Origin: an uncultured Gemmatimonas sp.
GTDB lineage: Bacteria > Gemmatimonadota > Gemmatimonadetes > Gemmatimonadales > Gemmatimonadaceae
Assembly (NCBI GenBank): GCA_964588045.1
Contig: CAZPON010000001.1
Location: forward strand, 1 to 46,681
Direction of reading: 5' to 3'
DNA length: 46,681 nucleotides
Under the pieces are notes generated by a model, which was not told the DNA's origin, ran no database searches, and worked only from the letters and a program-made list of their open reading frames with translations. The position numbers and the translations under genes are program-made. Shown piece by piece: positions 1 to 10,043 of this stretch (positions are counted from its first letter, which is position 1; each line of letters opens with the position of its first letter).

Positions 1-162
1 GCCACCAACTGCCCCGAGTACAAGGTCACGGCAGTGCAGGTGTCGCGCACGGCGGGCATCACCGAATGGCAGCAGGAAGACCTGCGGCGCGCCGCGTTCC
101 TGCGACGCATCGAGCGCGCACCGTCCAACGGCGCCAAGGTCACCGCCAATGCCGCGCGCTGA
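1..162 (+). CDS. fdsA: Formate dehydrogenase alpha subunit, C-terminal end (partial, runs off the left edge)
   Basis: Frame 1 reads ATNCPEYKVTAVQVSR...ANAAR* (TGA 160-162). ATNCPEYKVTAV is the typical FdsA/FdhF C-terminal motif, and fdhD and fdsD follow directly. Confidence 0.85.
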   Translation, partial: ATNCPEYKVTAVQVSRTAGITEWQQEDLRRAAFLRRIERAPSNGAKVTANAAR

Positions 163-991
163 ATGGCCGTCCAGCGCATCGCTGGCCGCGCGCGCCTTCT
201 GGTTCGACGGGCGCGAAGCGTCCGACTCCACGCGCGACGTGCCGGTGGAGACGCCCGTCAACGTCGTCTATGACGGCACGCCGTTCGCCGTCATGATGAC
301 CACGCCGCAGGACCTCGAGGACTTCGCGTTCGGCTTCAGCTTCACCGAGCGCGTCATCGAGCAGGCGTCGGATATCCGGCGTGTCGAGATACATGAAGCG
401 GAGCGTGGTATCGAACTGCGCGTGTCGTTTGCACCGTGGGCGACGCCGCGCATCGGCGACCGTGCGCGCAACACGGCCGGCCGCACCGGCTGCGGCCTGT
501 GCGGTATCGATCAGCTCGACGCGCTGCCCATGGCAGCGGTGCGTACGCGACGGCGGGCCACCGTGCACCTGGCGTCGGTGCATCGCGCACTGGCCGCACT
601 GGAACACGGTCAGGCCTTGAACCAGCAAACGCATGCAGTCCACGCTGCCGCCTGGTGTACCGCCGACGGCGACATCGTGGCCATCCGCGAGGACGTGGGG
701 CGCCACAACGCGCTCGACAAGCTGATCGGCGCACTGCTTCGCGCCGGACAGAAGGCCAGCGACGGCTTCCTCGTCATCACCAGCCGCTGCTCGTTCGAGA
801 TGGTCGAAAAGGCCGCCACATACGGAGCTTCCACCATCGTCGCGATTTCCGCCCCCACCTCCCTCGCCGTCGATCGCGCCAAGCTCCACGGCATGACCCT
901 GATCGCGGTGGCCCGTCGCGACGGGGCCCTGGCCTTCCATGGCGCCGAGTTCGTGCAGGTCGCCGAACCCATCGGCGTCGGCGCACCATGA
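149..991 (+). CDS. fdhD: Formate dehydrogenase accessory sulfurtransferase FdhD (FdsC)
   Basis: Motifs VMMTTPQDLEDFAFGF, GCGLCG and REDVGRHNALDKLIG; position in the fds operon. Confidence 0.95.
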   Translation: MPRAEWPSSASLAARAFWFDGREASDSTRDVPVETPVNVVYDGTPFAVMMTTPQDLEDFAFGFSFTERVIEQASDIRRVEIHEAERGIELRVSFAPWATPRIGDRARNTAGRTGCGLCGIDQLDALPMAAVRTRRRATVHLASVHRALAALEHGQALNQQTHAVHAAAWCTADGDIVAIREDVGRHNALDKLIGALLRAGQKASDGFLVITSRCSFEMVEKAATYGASTIVAISAPTSLAVDRAKLHGMTLIAVARRDGALAFHGAEFVQVAEPIGVGAP

Positions 992-1212
992 CCGCCCAGA
1001 AGCTCGTCCGCATGGCCAACGAGATCGCCAGGAATCTTCGCACCCTCCCCGGCGATCAACCCGCCACCGCCACGGCCGACCACCTTCGCAGCTTCTGGAC
1101 CCCCCGCATGTGCGCGGCCATCATCACCCACCTCGAGTCCGGCGGCGCAGGCTTGGACCCCCTCGCCCGCGACGCGGTGGTCCTCCTCCGAACGAAGTTG
1201 GCGCCCGCCTGA
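988..1212 (+). CDS. fdsD: NAD-dependent formate dehydrogenase delta subunit
   Basis: ATG at 988 overlaps the fdhD stop (ATGA). MTAQKLVRMANEIARN...ADHLRSFWTPRM matches the FdsD pattern; 74 aa. Confidence 0.9.
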   Translation: MTAQKLVRMANEIARNLRTLPGDQPATATADHLRSFWTPRMCAAIITHLESGGAGLDPLARDAVVLLRTKLAPA

Positions 1213-1248
1213 AGTAGTGTGGAGTCGGGAGGGAACAGCTGTTCACTC

Positions 1249-1818
1249 TCAGAACTCAGTACTCCAGTTGACGTTCTTCGCCTCCCCCACCTCGATCCTC
1301 ACCACCTCCAACATCCCTTCCGGCGCCAGATCGTACAGACTCCGTATTCCAAACGCCAATCTCATGCCAAGCAACGACTGAACCTCCCGCCGATACAGCC
1401 CGATACACGGGTGCACCCCCTCAGCCTCCGCCAGCACCACCCACGCCTCCGAAGCCGCACTCGCGCCAGCCAGCACCGCGCGCACCGCCCCAGCCGTGAT
1501 GTTCGGCAAGTCCCCCGCCAGTACGAACACATCGCCAGCCGAATTCTCGAGCGCGGCGAGAATCCCGCCGGCCGGCCCAGTCCCCGGATAGTGATCCGGC
1601 AACTGCCAGTCGAAGCGCGCCGCCACCTCCGGATCGCACGCCCCCACCGCCGCGACCCGGGCGCCGAACACCTCGCGCAACGCGCGAATGGGCCGGTCCA
1701 CGAGCCATTCTGCACTCGCCTCGCCAAGCGGCTCTCGCAGCTTGTCCCGTCCAAAGCGCCGGCTGCGGCCGCCGACGAGGACAATGGGTTGGATGGACGC
1801 CAGTATGGAGTCGGACAT
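1249..1818 (-). CDS. mobA: Molybdenum cofactor guanylyltransferase
   Basis: LVGGRSRRFGRDK, GPAGGILAAL, LAGDLP and a C-terminal NVN; adjacent to a molybdoenzyme operon. Confidence 0.85.
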   Translation of the reverse strand: MSDSILASIQPIVLVGGRSRRFGRDKLREPLGEASAEWLVDRPIRALREVFGARVAAVGACDPEVAARFDWQLPDHYPGTGPAGGILAALENSAGDVFVLAGDLPNITAGAVRAVLAGASAASEAWVVLAEAEGVHPCIGLYRREVQSLLGMRLAFGIRSLYDLAPEGMLEVVRIEVGEAKNVNWSTEF

Positions 1819-1973
1819 GTTGGCACACGGTTACCCGGCAGCGTAGCGAACCGCAACCGTGCAGATTGATAGGCTCCCCGGCGTCGCTTGCCGGGATCAG
1901 CCCCGCACCGTCGATTGGTGCGACCCAGTCGCCCCGAACGGGGGCGTTTCCACCGGAATTTCCTGGAGTCACC

Positions 1974-3611
1974 TTGCTCGTTTCGTCACAGCCCAAGCGC
2001 GGTGCCGACCTTCTGCATGATCCCGTGCTCAACAAGGGCACCGCGTTCACGGACGTCGAACGCGACCTGCTGGGCCTTCGCGGACTTCTGCCGCCGCGCG
2101 TGATGGCGATCGAAGAGCAGCTCGCCCGTGTGCTCCCCGCCGTGCGCGAAAAGCGAACCCCGCTCGAGCAGTACACGTACCTGGTGTCACTGCACGATCG
2201 CAATGTCACGCTCTTCTACCGGCTCGTCATCGATCACCTCGCCGAGTTCATGCCCGTCCTGTACACGCCCACCGTGGGTGAAGCGTGCCAGCATTGGGGT
2301 CGCATCTTTCGTCGCAGCCGCGGCGTGTACATCACGCCCGACGATCGTGGACAGGTGGCCCGCATCCTGGCCAACTGGCCCCACGACGACGTGCGCATGA
2401 TTGTCGCCACCGATGGCGAGCGCATCCTCGGACTCGGCGATCTCGGTGCCAACGGCATGGGCATCCCGATCGGCAAGCTGATTCTCTACACCGCCTGCGC
2501 CGGCGTGCCGCCTTCACAATGCCTGCCCATCACGCTCGACGTGGGCACCAACAACGCCACCCTGTTGTCCGACCCGACCTACGTGGGTCGCGCCACGCCG
2601 CGACTGCGCGGCCCGGAATACGACGCCCTCGTGGACGAGTTCGTGGAGGCCGTGCAGGAACGGTTTCCCAATGCGTGCCTGCAGTTCGAGGACTTCGGCA
2701 ATCACAACGCCTTCACGTTGCTAGAGCGCTGGCGCGATCGCGTGTGCACGTTCAACGACGACATTCAGGGCACGGCGTCGGTGGCGCTTGCCGGACTCTA
2801 CTCCGCCGCACGACTGAGCGGCGTGCCCATCACCGCCAAGCGCCTGCTGTTCCTTGGTGCCGGCGAGGCGGGCATCGGTATCGCCGACCTTGTCGTGGAA
2901 GCGCTCAAGGCTGAAGGGGTGCCGGAGGACATCGCGCGAAAGCAATGCTGGTTCGTCGACTCGAAGGGTCTCATCGTGCAGTCGCGCACCGACCTGGCCG
3001 AACACAAGAAGCGCTACGCCCACGATCATCCGCACACGCACGACCTGCTATCGGCCGTCGACATGCTCGAACCGCACGCCATCATCGGTGTGTCGGGCAC
3101 GCCGGGCATGTTCACGACCGAAGTGCTCGAAGCCGTATCGCGGTACAACGAACGTCCCATCGTACTGGCGTTGTCGAATCCGACATCCCGGGCGGAGTGC
3201 ACGGCCGAACAGGCGTACATCGCCTCCGGTGGACGCGCGATCTTTGCGAGCGGCAGTCCATTCGCACCGGTCACGCATGCCGGTCGCACGCATGTGCCGG
3301 GGCAAGGCAACAACGCCTACATCTTCCCCGGCGTGGGCCTGGGCGTGTACGTCGCCGGATCGTCACGCGTCACCGACGAGATGTTCTCGGCGGCCGCAAG
3401 GACGCTGGCGGGCATGGTGACGGACGACGACCTGGCGATGGGCCGCATCTACCCCGACCTGGGTCGCATTCGTGAAGTATCACACGCGATTGCCATCGAA
3501 GTGGCCGCCATCGCGTTTCGGCGCGGACTCGCGCGCAAGACGGAGCCGGCGGACCTGGCGGGAGCGGTCGCGGCGGCGATGTACCAGCCGGTGTACGACA
3601 CCTGGGAGTGA
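1974..3611 (+). CDS. maeA: NAD(P)-dependent malic enzyme
   Basis: NKGTAFT, TDGERILGLGDLG, QFEDF, FNDDIQGT, GAGEAG, LSNPT and GQGNNAYIFPG. Start placed at TTG 1974 behind GGAG; the ORF is open from 1866. Confidence 0.95.
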   Translation: MLVSSQPKRGADLLHDPVLNKGTAFTDVERDLLGLRGLLPPRVMAIEEQLARVLPAVREKRTPLEQYTYLVSLHDRNVTLFYRLVIDHLAEFMPVLYTPTVGEACQHWGRIFRRSRGVYITPDDRGQVARILANWPHDDVRMIVATDGERILGLGDLGANGMGIPIGKLILYTACAGVPPSQCLPITLDVGTNNATLLSDPTYVGRATPRLRGPEYDALVDEFVEAVQERFPNACLQFEDFGNHNAFTLLERWRDRVCTFNDDIQGTASVALAGLYSAARLSGVPITAKRLLFLGAGEAGIGIADLVVEALKAEGVPEDIARKQCWFVDSKGLIVQSRTDLAEHKKRYAHDHPHTHDLLSAVDMLEPHAIIGVSGTPGMFTTEVLEAVSRYNERPIVLALSNPTSRAECTAEQAYIASGGRAIFASGSPFAPVTHAGRTHVPGQGNNAYIFPGVGLGVYVAGSSRVTDEMFSAAARTLAGMVTDDDLAMGRIYPDLGRIREVSHAIAIEVAAIAFRRGLARKTEPADLAGAVAAAMYQPVYDTWE

Positions 3612-3629
3612 GCCGTCAGCAACCCCGCG

Positions 3630-4202
3630 TCAGGGGACGTTCACGTCGAACACCCCGTTGGTGACCGTCACGCGTTGCTGTGCCGAGGATGCGTTGGAGG
3701 ATACGGCCACGGCCACCATCTGGAAGGTACCGGCCAGTCGGGTGGCGGTCACGGTGGTGAACGTGATCGAGCCGGAGCCTGGACCTGTTGCGTCGCTCAT
3801 GTTGGTATACCAGAGGTTGGGCGCGAGCGTCACCGTCCCGATGCCGGAGTATCCTGACTGCGGCGGCTGCAACTGGCTGGCCGCATCCAGTGGATAGGTT
3901 CCGGGCGTGATCGGTGTGAGACGGCCGATCGTGATGAGGAGCTGCCGGCCGGTCACGGCGCCAGCCACCGGGCAGGATACGCCGTTCACCTGAACGATAT
4001 TGGGCCCGCTCGCCACGCTGTTCTGGATCGTGGCCTGGGCGTAGAAGGCGGCGGTGAAGGGCTCGCCGTTCACCGCAGCGGTCATCGTGCCGTTGGGCGG
4101 CGTGACGGCGCAGTTGTTGTTCGGCCCGGTGACGGCGTCATTGCCGCCGCAGGCGAGGAGCAGCGCACTGGCGGCGACGAGGGAGCAAGGCAGGAAGCGC
4201 AT
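3630..4202 (-). CDS. Hypothetical lipoprotein (beta-rich)
   Basis: Signal peptide with lipobox-like LLLAC-GG; C-terminal GTF...VTVTNGVFDV pattern. Confidence 0.7.
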   Translation of the reverse strand: MRFLPCSLVAASALLLACGGNDAVTGPNNNCAVTPPNGTMTAAVNGEPFTAAFYAQATIQNSVASGPNIVQVNGVSCPVAGAVTGRQLLITIGRLTPITPGTYPLDAASQLQPPQSGYSGIGTVTLAPNLWYTNMSDATGPGSGSITFTTVTATRLAGTFQMVAVAVSSNASSAQQRVTVTNGVFDVNVP

Positions 4203-4412
4203 GGCACGCGGGGTGAAGAGAGGAAAGGGCGCCCGCAGTATTCTGCGTGCGGAGTCGCAATGAATCCAGCCGTCCGGCCTCAGCCTGGCCGGTACGGCCA
4301 ATCCGCTGGCATAACCGCCGGACCGCGCGGCCGATCGTGAATACCGCGTCGTGTGCGTGACTGTCAGACCCCCCGTGCATCGTACCCGCTCACCTTCAAA
4401 CCGGAGTCCATC

Positions 4413-4910
4413 ATGTCCCTGCGTGCCATCGCCGCAGTCCGCCTGCTCGTGACCCTGTGTCTTGTCGCCGGGCTCGGCCGTCCGCTCGCGGCACAGAGTC
4501 CGACCTACCTCAGCACCAACCCCTACATCGGTACTCCCGTGCCGAAAACCGACTCGCGTATCAGCCCGTACTCGTCAATCGGTGCAACGAACCCGTACAC
4601 GACCAGCGGCGGGCGCGTGATTGCACAGGACGGACAGTATCTTGGCCGCCTCAACGCCAATCGCTATGACCCTGAGTCCGTGTCCAATCCCTACGGAGCG
4701 TACGGTTCGAAATACTCGCCCACGTCGATCAACAATCCGTACTCGGCCTACGGATCTCCGTACTCCAACACATCGGCGCGAAACCCATACGCCAGCCAGC
4801 CGCCGGTGGTGGTGTACGATCGCAGCAGTGCGCTTCCGCAGGCGCGAACGGTCGCGCCTCTGGAAAGCATCCGGCTTCCTGGAGCGCGCCCGTCGTTGTC
4901 GTGGCCCTGA
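4413..4910 (+). CDS. Secreted hypothetical protein with NPY/YGS repeats
   Basis: GGAG before ATG 4413; signal peptide ending LAA-Q; repeated NPY motifs (SNPYGAYGSKYS, NNPYSAYGSPYS, RNPYA). Confidence 0.75.
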   Translation: MSLRAIAAVRLLVTLCLVAGLGRPLAAQSPTYLSTNPYIGTPVPKTDSRISPYSSIGATNPYTTSGGRVIAQDGQYLGRLNANRYDPESVSNPYGAYGSKYSPTSINNPYSAYGSPYSNTSARNPYASQPPVVVYDRSSALPQARTVAPLESIRLPGARPSLSWP

Positions 4911-4916
4911 CGTGAT

Positions 4917-4950
4917 CGCAGGCAGGTCGTGGCATCACGACCTGCCTGCG
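4917..4950. terminator. Perfect 15-bp-stem hairpin, possible terminator
   Basis: cgcaggcaggtcgtg-gcat-cacgacctgcctgcg, 6 bp after the stop at 4910; no U-tract. Confidence 0.6.
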
Positions 4951-5104
4951 GCGGTCCATGAAGCCGAAGTAGTATCAGTTGAACGGTTCGGCTCCTGGAA
5001 CTCGTCGAGTGACAGGTCGGTGACAGATATAGGCTAGATTGGCCGCACAGACAGCGCAGGAAAGAGGTTGAGGCTGCAATTCCACGGTATCGGGCGATGA
5101 TGCA

Positions 5105-5182
5105 ATCAACGAGTCAATCGTCGAACAGGCCGCTCTCGCATGGCTTGGGGCGACCAACGAGGATTTCGAGGGCGCGAAATGA
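5105..5182 (+). pseudogene. Remnant resembling the N-terminus of a type I restriction subunit R (HsdR)
   Basis: Reads INESIVEQAALAWLG...GAK* with no in-frame start. The stop overlaps the next gene's ATG (ATGA). ESxVEQAALxWL resembles HsdR N-termini as I recall them. Confidence 0.5.
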
Positions 5183-6177
5183 TTGCCGCTGAATTCCACA
5201 CTGGTGGTGAGGTGATCGTCTATCAGGACCTTGGCGGACAGGTACAAGTAGATGTTCGTCTGGCACAAGACTCAGTCTGGCTGTCTCTGAGCCAGTTGGC
5301 AGAGTTGTTCGACCGCGACAAGTCCGTGATTTCCAGGCACTTGCGGGCTGTCTTCGCAACGGGAGAACTGGTGCGAGAGGCAGTTGTTGCAAAAATTGCA
5401 ACAACTGCGGCCGACGGAAAAACCTACCAAGTGGAGTTCTTCAACCTCGACGCCATCCTTTCGGTGGGCTACCGGGTCAATTCCAAACGCGGCACCCAAT
5501 TCCGCATCTGGGCTACCAACACCCTGCGCGAACACCTCCTGCGCGGCTACACGCTGAACGAGCGCCGCTTGGCCGAACGTGGCCTGGTCGAAGCGCGCCA
5601 GACGCTCGATCTCCTCGCCCGCACGCTGCAGAACCAGTCACTGGTAGACGACACCGGCCGCGCGGTGCTTGACCTGATCGTCGGCTACGCCGACACGTGG
5701 CGGCTCCTGCTCGAGTACGACGAAGGCCGGCTCGCTCCGCCGCCCGGCGCACGCCCCTCGTCGGGAGTACTGGACCTCGCGCAAGCCCAGCACGCGATCG
5801 CCGATTTCAAGCGCGAGCTGATGGCGCGGGGCGAAGCGACTGCATTGTTCGGCAATCCGCGTGGCGAAGCGCTGGACGGGATTCTTGGCAGCATCGAACA
5901 GACCATGTTCGGCGAGCCGTTGTATCACTCGCGCGAAGAGAAAGCGGCTCACCTGCTGTACTTCGTCATCAAGGACCATCCGTTCTCCGACGGGAACAAG
6001 CGCATCGGCTCCTTCCTGTTCATGCTTTACCTCAAACAGGAAGGCATGGGGCACCGAATCAACCCGTTGGCCCTGACGGCGCTGGCACTGCTCATTGCCG
6101 AAAGCGCCGCGTCGAACAAGGACCTGATGGTCCGTCTCATCATGAACCTGCTCGTGGATCCGGTCAGGAACCGATGA
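5179..6177 (+). CDS. RhuM/Fic(Doc) family protein
   Basis: RhuM-type N-terminus (VWLSLSQLAELF, ILSVGYRVNSKRGTQFRIWA) and a C-terminal Fic/Doc motif HPFSDGNKRIG. Confidence 0.92.
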   Translation: MIAAEFHTGGEVIVYQDLGGQVQVDVRLAQDSVWLSLSQLAELFDRDKSVISRHLRAVFATGELVREAVVAKIATTAADGKTYQVEFFNLDAILSVGYRVNSKRGTQFRIWATNTLREHLLRGYTLNERRLAERGLVEARQTLDLLARTLQNQSLVDDTGRAVLDLIVGYADTWRLLLEYDEGRLAPPPGARPSSGVLDLAQAQHAIADFKRELMARGEATALFGNPRGEALDGILGSIEQTMFGEPLYHSREEKAAHLLYFVIKDHPFSDGNKRIGSFLFMLYLKQEGMGHRINPLALTALALLIAESAASNKDLMVRLIMNLLVDPVRNR

Positions 6178-6180
6178 TTC

Positions 6181-7512
6181 TCAAAACGCGAGCACCGTTT
6201 GCAGCATCGGCACCCAGCCCGTCATCCCGGCTGTATACGGCGTGAAGGCGCCGCTGTATGGCGCCTTGTGCACCTTGAACAACTCGGTGCTGATCCAGAG
6301 TCGCTCCGTTGGAAGGAAGTGCCACTTGACGCCGGCGCCGTACTCGTAGGAGTCACCGAACTGCCCGTTCACCCACCCGCCACGGCCATACAGCATCGTC
6401 TTTCTCGGGTCCACGAACACACTCGCCGAGAACTCGGCGCCGCGGTCCTTTGTTTCTGCCAGTGGCATCGGTCCGTCGGCGTCGAAATCGTAGATGCGAC
6501 GCATGAAGTACTGCCCGTTGACCGCCACCCCGTTCCACTTGATGCCGGCGTCGGCCGCCCACATCTGGTACGTCGCCTGGTCCACCGTCACGCCCGGCGC
6601 AAACGCACCGGTCGAGAACGTCAGCACACCGTCGGAATTGTAGAGTGACGTGTTCTCGGGACTCGACTGATCGAGATTGGAGAAACGGTCTTCGCGGGAT
6701 CGCGTGAACGCTGTCCCCAGGCGAATGCGAACGTCCTTGGACGCGAAGTAATCGTCATACATGTTGCGCGACTTGCCGGGTTCACCGAAGGCGCCCAGCG
6801 GTTCCCACCACACACTGCCGGACACGAGCAGGTGCGTATCGATCTTGTTGGCCGAGATGCTCAGCGTATTGAGACCATTGCCCACGAACGCCAGGTAGCT
6901 CAGGCCCTTGGCGATTTCTCCGTTCGCCCACGCACCCTGCGTGAACCCCGGACGGAAGAAGTTGTCGGCCATGCTGCGGTCGGTCGCCGTGAAGAACGGG
7001 AACGTGGCCACCAGTGACCGGCTGCCCGGAACACCCGTGTAGCCGCCCGTGATCGTAAGCGCCTTGTTGAACGACCAGCCGATATTGCCGGCGACAATGA
7101 TCGACGCGGCACCGGCGGACGTCCACACCGTGAAGCTGTAGCGTGCCCGCGGATCAAACACATACCCGCCCAGGATGAACATCGCACGATTGACCGTGAT
7201 GTCGTTGCGCACATGCACCGGGTGTTCGACGCCGAGATGATCGGTGAACGACTGGTCGCTGTCCATGGTATTGAGATAGCGGAGTTGCGTATTGACATTG
7301 AACTTCAGCAGGAATGGCACCTGGGCGCCCGCGGGCGTTTCCCAGATGATCATGCCATCGCGGTAGCGATCGCCGTTCGGCTGCGGTGCGACCGGCGGCG
7401 ACGCGGCACTTTCTGTCGTGGCAGCCTGCGCAGCAGCCGTGGTTGCGAAGAACGGCACCGACGTCAAGGCCAGGGCGATGGACGTCGTCATGAACGCGCG
7501 GGGTATCGACAA
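6181..7512 (-). CDS. Outer-membrane beta-barrel / porin-like protein
   Basis: AAGGAG before TTG 7512; signal peptide; amphipathic aromatic-rich strands; terminal Phe. Confidence 0.7.
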   Translation of the reverse strand: MSIPRAFMTTSIALALTSVPFFATTAAAQAATTESAASPPVAPQPNGDRYRDGMIIWETPAGAQVPFLLKFNVNTQLRYLNTMDSDQSFTDHLGVEHPVHVRNDITVNRAMFILGGYVFDPRARYSFTVWTSAGAASIIVAGNIGWSFNKALTITGGYTGVPGSRSLVATFPFFTATDRSMADNFFRPGFTQGAWANGEIAKGLSYLAFVGNGLNTLSISANKIDTHLLVSGSVWWEPLGAFGEPGKSRNMYDDYFASKDVRIRLGTAFTRSREDRFSNLDQSSPENTSLYNSDGVLTFSTGAFAPGVTVDQATYQMWAADAGIKWNGVAVNGQYFMRRIYDFDADGPMPLAETKDRGAEFSASVFVDPRKTMLYGRGGWVNGQFGDSYEYGAGVKWHFLPTERLWISTELFKVHKAPYSGAFTPYTAGMTGWVPMLQTVLAF

Positions 7513-7564
7513 TGGACAGTCTCCTTCTGAAACGTTATTCGAATTGGGGAATGGAGTGCTCGCG

Positions 7565-8152
7565 CTACCTGGGAATCATCGCCGCGCACGACGCAGGCGG
7601 GGTCGGTTCCGCGGCGCCAAAATGTGACATCGTCAATGCGGCCGGTTGTCCATCGCGCGCCGGCACGAGCACGAAAAAGTAGCTGTAGGTCGCGTCGCAA
7701 ATTTCCGGAAGCGCCGGGCCGCCGAGCGCCCTGATGATCCCCGGCACCGTGTTGCTGTGACCGACCACCAGCACGACACCCTTCGCCTGCTGCACCGCCC
7801 TGGCCACGGCCGCGATGTGCCCCGCCGTACCGCCCTCCATCGCGATCGCCTGCGGCGTCACGCCGGTTTGCCTGGCAACGACGGCCGCCGTCAACGCGGT
7901 GCGCTGCAACGCCGACACGACGATCGCAGACGGTTGCGATGCCACGAGTGCGCTGGCCAGTGCAGCGGCCCGCTCCGTCCCGATGTCGCTGAGCGGCGGA
8001 TCATTCCCCGCCACAGCCGCCTTTTCCGCGTGACGCACGAGCACCACCATCGAAGGCTGTGCGGAAAGCCCGGTCGACGCCACCGTGATCAGCAGCCCGC
8101 ACGCGCCGGAGGCGCAGCGGAACCAGGCAGGGAAGAGACGCGAAGGGATCAT
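7565..8152 (-). CDS. Secreted histidine phosphatase superfamily protein (SixA/PGM-like)
   Basis: VVLVRHAEK, SALQRT and VLVVGHSNT motifs; N-terminal signal peptide. Confidence 0.85.
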   Translation of the reverse strand: MIPSRLFPAWFRCASGACGLLITVASTGLSAQPSMVVLVRHAEKAAVAGNDPPLSDIGTERAAALASALVASQPSAIVVSALQRTALTAAVVARQTGVTPQAIAMEGGTAGHIAAVARAVQQAKGVVLVVGHSNTVPGIIRALGGPALPEICDATYSYFFVLVPARDGQPAALTMSHFGAAEPTPPASCAAMIPR

Positions 8153-8290
8153 GGTGTGGTCACGAGCCGGAGAGAGTGATTGGGGCCGACATTCAGAGAC
8201 GATCGAGTTGCCGACGCCTGATGATATCCCCATACTAGCCCCGTCGGCCACAATTCGTGCGCCGGAAGGAAACGCAATGAATCGGAGACC

Positions 8291-9310
8291 ATGATGATGC
8301 TTGATCGCCGCACCCAACTCCTCGTGTCCGCGGCTTCACTGGTGGTGATCGTTGCCGGGCTGCGCTCGGCGGCCGGGGTGCTCAACCCGGTGCTCATGGC
8401 CGCCGTCTTCGTCGCCTGCGCCGTCCCGTTGCAGGACCACCTGCGGGCGCGCGGGCTGCCGCTGTGGCTCGCCCTCACGCTCACCGCCCTGTCCGTGGTT
8501 GGTGGCGCGCTCGCCTTCGGTGGCATCATCGGGTACGCCGCCACGGCACTCGTGCAGACCGTGCCGCAGTACCAGGACCGGCTCTCGCAACTGCTCGCCG
8601 ACGGCATGGCCTGGCTCGACGCCCGCGGCATCGACGCGTCCACGTCGAAGCTCGCGGAACTCATCAGCCCCGCGCGACTCATCAGCCTGTCGACCAGCGT
8701 GCTGGCGAGCGTCGGCAGCGCACTCAGCGTCACGTTGCTCATCGTGATCCTCGCGATCTTCCTGCTGGTCGAGTCAAACACCTTCATGGGCCGCAGCGGT
8801 GTCACCGCCGGGGAGAAGGAATTCTCACCGGGCACGCAGCGCCTGCTCAAGGCCATGGCGCGTGACGTGCAGCAGTATGTGTGGATCACCCTCATCACCG
8901 GCGTGATCTACGCCGTCGGCGTCTGGATTCTGCTCGCCGCTCTCGGTGTTGACCTGGCATTCCTGTGGGCCATCGTCGCACTGGTGCTCAGTTTTGTGCC
9001 CGGCATCGGCTTCGTGCTGTCGATGGTCCCCCCGCTCGCCCTCGCGATGCTCGAATTCGGCGTGGTGCGCGCGCTCATCGTCGCCGGCGGGCTCACCGTG
9101 CTCAACAGCATCGTCGACAATATCATCAAGCCGCGCTTCATGGCCGAAGGGTTCGGACTCGGCCCCTTCGTGATGTTCACCGCCATCCTCGTCTGGGCCT
9201 ATGTCCTGGGACCAACAGGCGCGCTGCTGGCCGTTCCGCTCACCGTCGCCGTGAAGCGCCTGGCGTTCATGGATGCGGCGAAGCTGGTGGTCGAAAGCCC
9301 CGAGGTCTGA
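8291..9310 (+). CDS. AI-2E family transporter
   Basis: Multiple TM segments; LSFVPGIG, DNIIKPRFM and GPTGALLAVPLT motifs. Confidence 0.9.
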   Translation: MMMLDRRTQLLVSAASLVVIVAGLRSAAGVLNPVLMAAVFVACAVPLQDHLRARGLPLWLALTLTALSVVGGALAFGGIIGYAATALVQTVPQYQDRLSQLLADGMAWLDARGIDASTSKLAELISPARLISLSTSVLASVGSALSVTLLIVILAIFLLVESNTFMGRSGVTAGEKEFSPGTQRLLKAMARDVQQYVWITLITGVIYAVGVWILLAALGVDLAFLWAIVALVLSFVPGIGFVLSMVPPLALAMLEFGVVRALIVAGGLTVLNSIVDNIIKPRFMAEGFGLGPFVMFTAILVWAYVLGPTGALLAVPLTVAVKRLAFMDAAKLVVESPEV

Positions 9311-9320
9311 CGTCTTCCGT

Positions 9321-10043
9321 TCACGACGGCGGTACGAATCCCCTCTCGAGCATCATGGTCACCATGCGCTTGATCTCGGTGCCCTGATCGACTTCCACGT
9401 CATTGGCGAACTTGAACACCATTTCGTCCTGACCGGCACCAGGGTACTCGAACAGGGTGCGCACCATCGTGATCGCACCGCGGTGGTGCTGTATCATGTA
9501 CGTGAGGAAGAGCCGGTCGAACTCCGGGCCGCGCGCGGCGTCGAGTTCCTTCATCTGCGCGTCGGTCAACATGCCGGGCATCATCGGCATCGCCATCCCC
9601 GGCATCGACGACATGTCGTGCCCGGCCATCGCGTGATGGCCAGCCATGGTGACATTGCCGGCCGTGTCCACTTGCGGCGCGGGCTGGCTGCGGTCCTTGA
9701 GCCAGGTTTGCATGAGCCGGATCTCGTCCGACTGCGCGTTGATGATGCGGGCCGTGAGACGCTGCACCGCGGCGTCGGCACCATGGGACGGCGCCCAGCG
9801 GGAGATGACGATGGCCTGCGCGTGATGATGGATCATCCCGCTCATGAAGTCGATGTCGCCCTTGGTGTACGGATAGCGCAGGCTGTCGGCGCGAGCCCGG
9901 GCCATGGCGCCGGCATCGCCCATCTGGAACTCAGGCCCCGCAGGAACCGGAGGCCCCGCAGGGCTCGCAGGCCGCGCGCTGGCGCAGCCGGTCAGCGCGA
10001 ACGCCGCAGCCGTGCAAAGGAGTGGGAAACGAAGGTAAGTCAT
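9321..10043 (-). CDS. DUF305 domain lipoprotein (Met/His-rich, CopM-like)
   Basis: Lipobox LTGC; two repeats DIDFMSGMIHHHAQA and DRLFLTYMIQHHRGA. Confidence 0.9.
   Translation of the reverse strand: MTYLRFPLLCTAAAFALTGCASARPASPAGPPVPAGPEFQMGDAGAMARARADSLRYPYTKGDIDFMSGMIHHHAQAIVISRWAPSHGADAAVQRLTARIINAQSDEIRLMQTWLKDRSQPAPQVDTAGNVTMAGHHAMAGHDMSSMPGMAMPMMPGMLTDAQMKELDAARGPEFDRLFLTYMIQHHRGAITMVRTLFEYPGAGQDEMVFKFANDVEVDQGTEIKRMVTMMLERGFVPPS

Noticed and set aside
1233..1244. GAAC-N4-GTTC palindrome resembling a Gram-positive LexA box
   Set aside because: It lies between convergent stop codons rather than in a promoter; more likely a small hairpin or chance.
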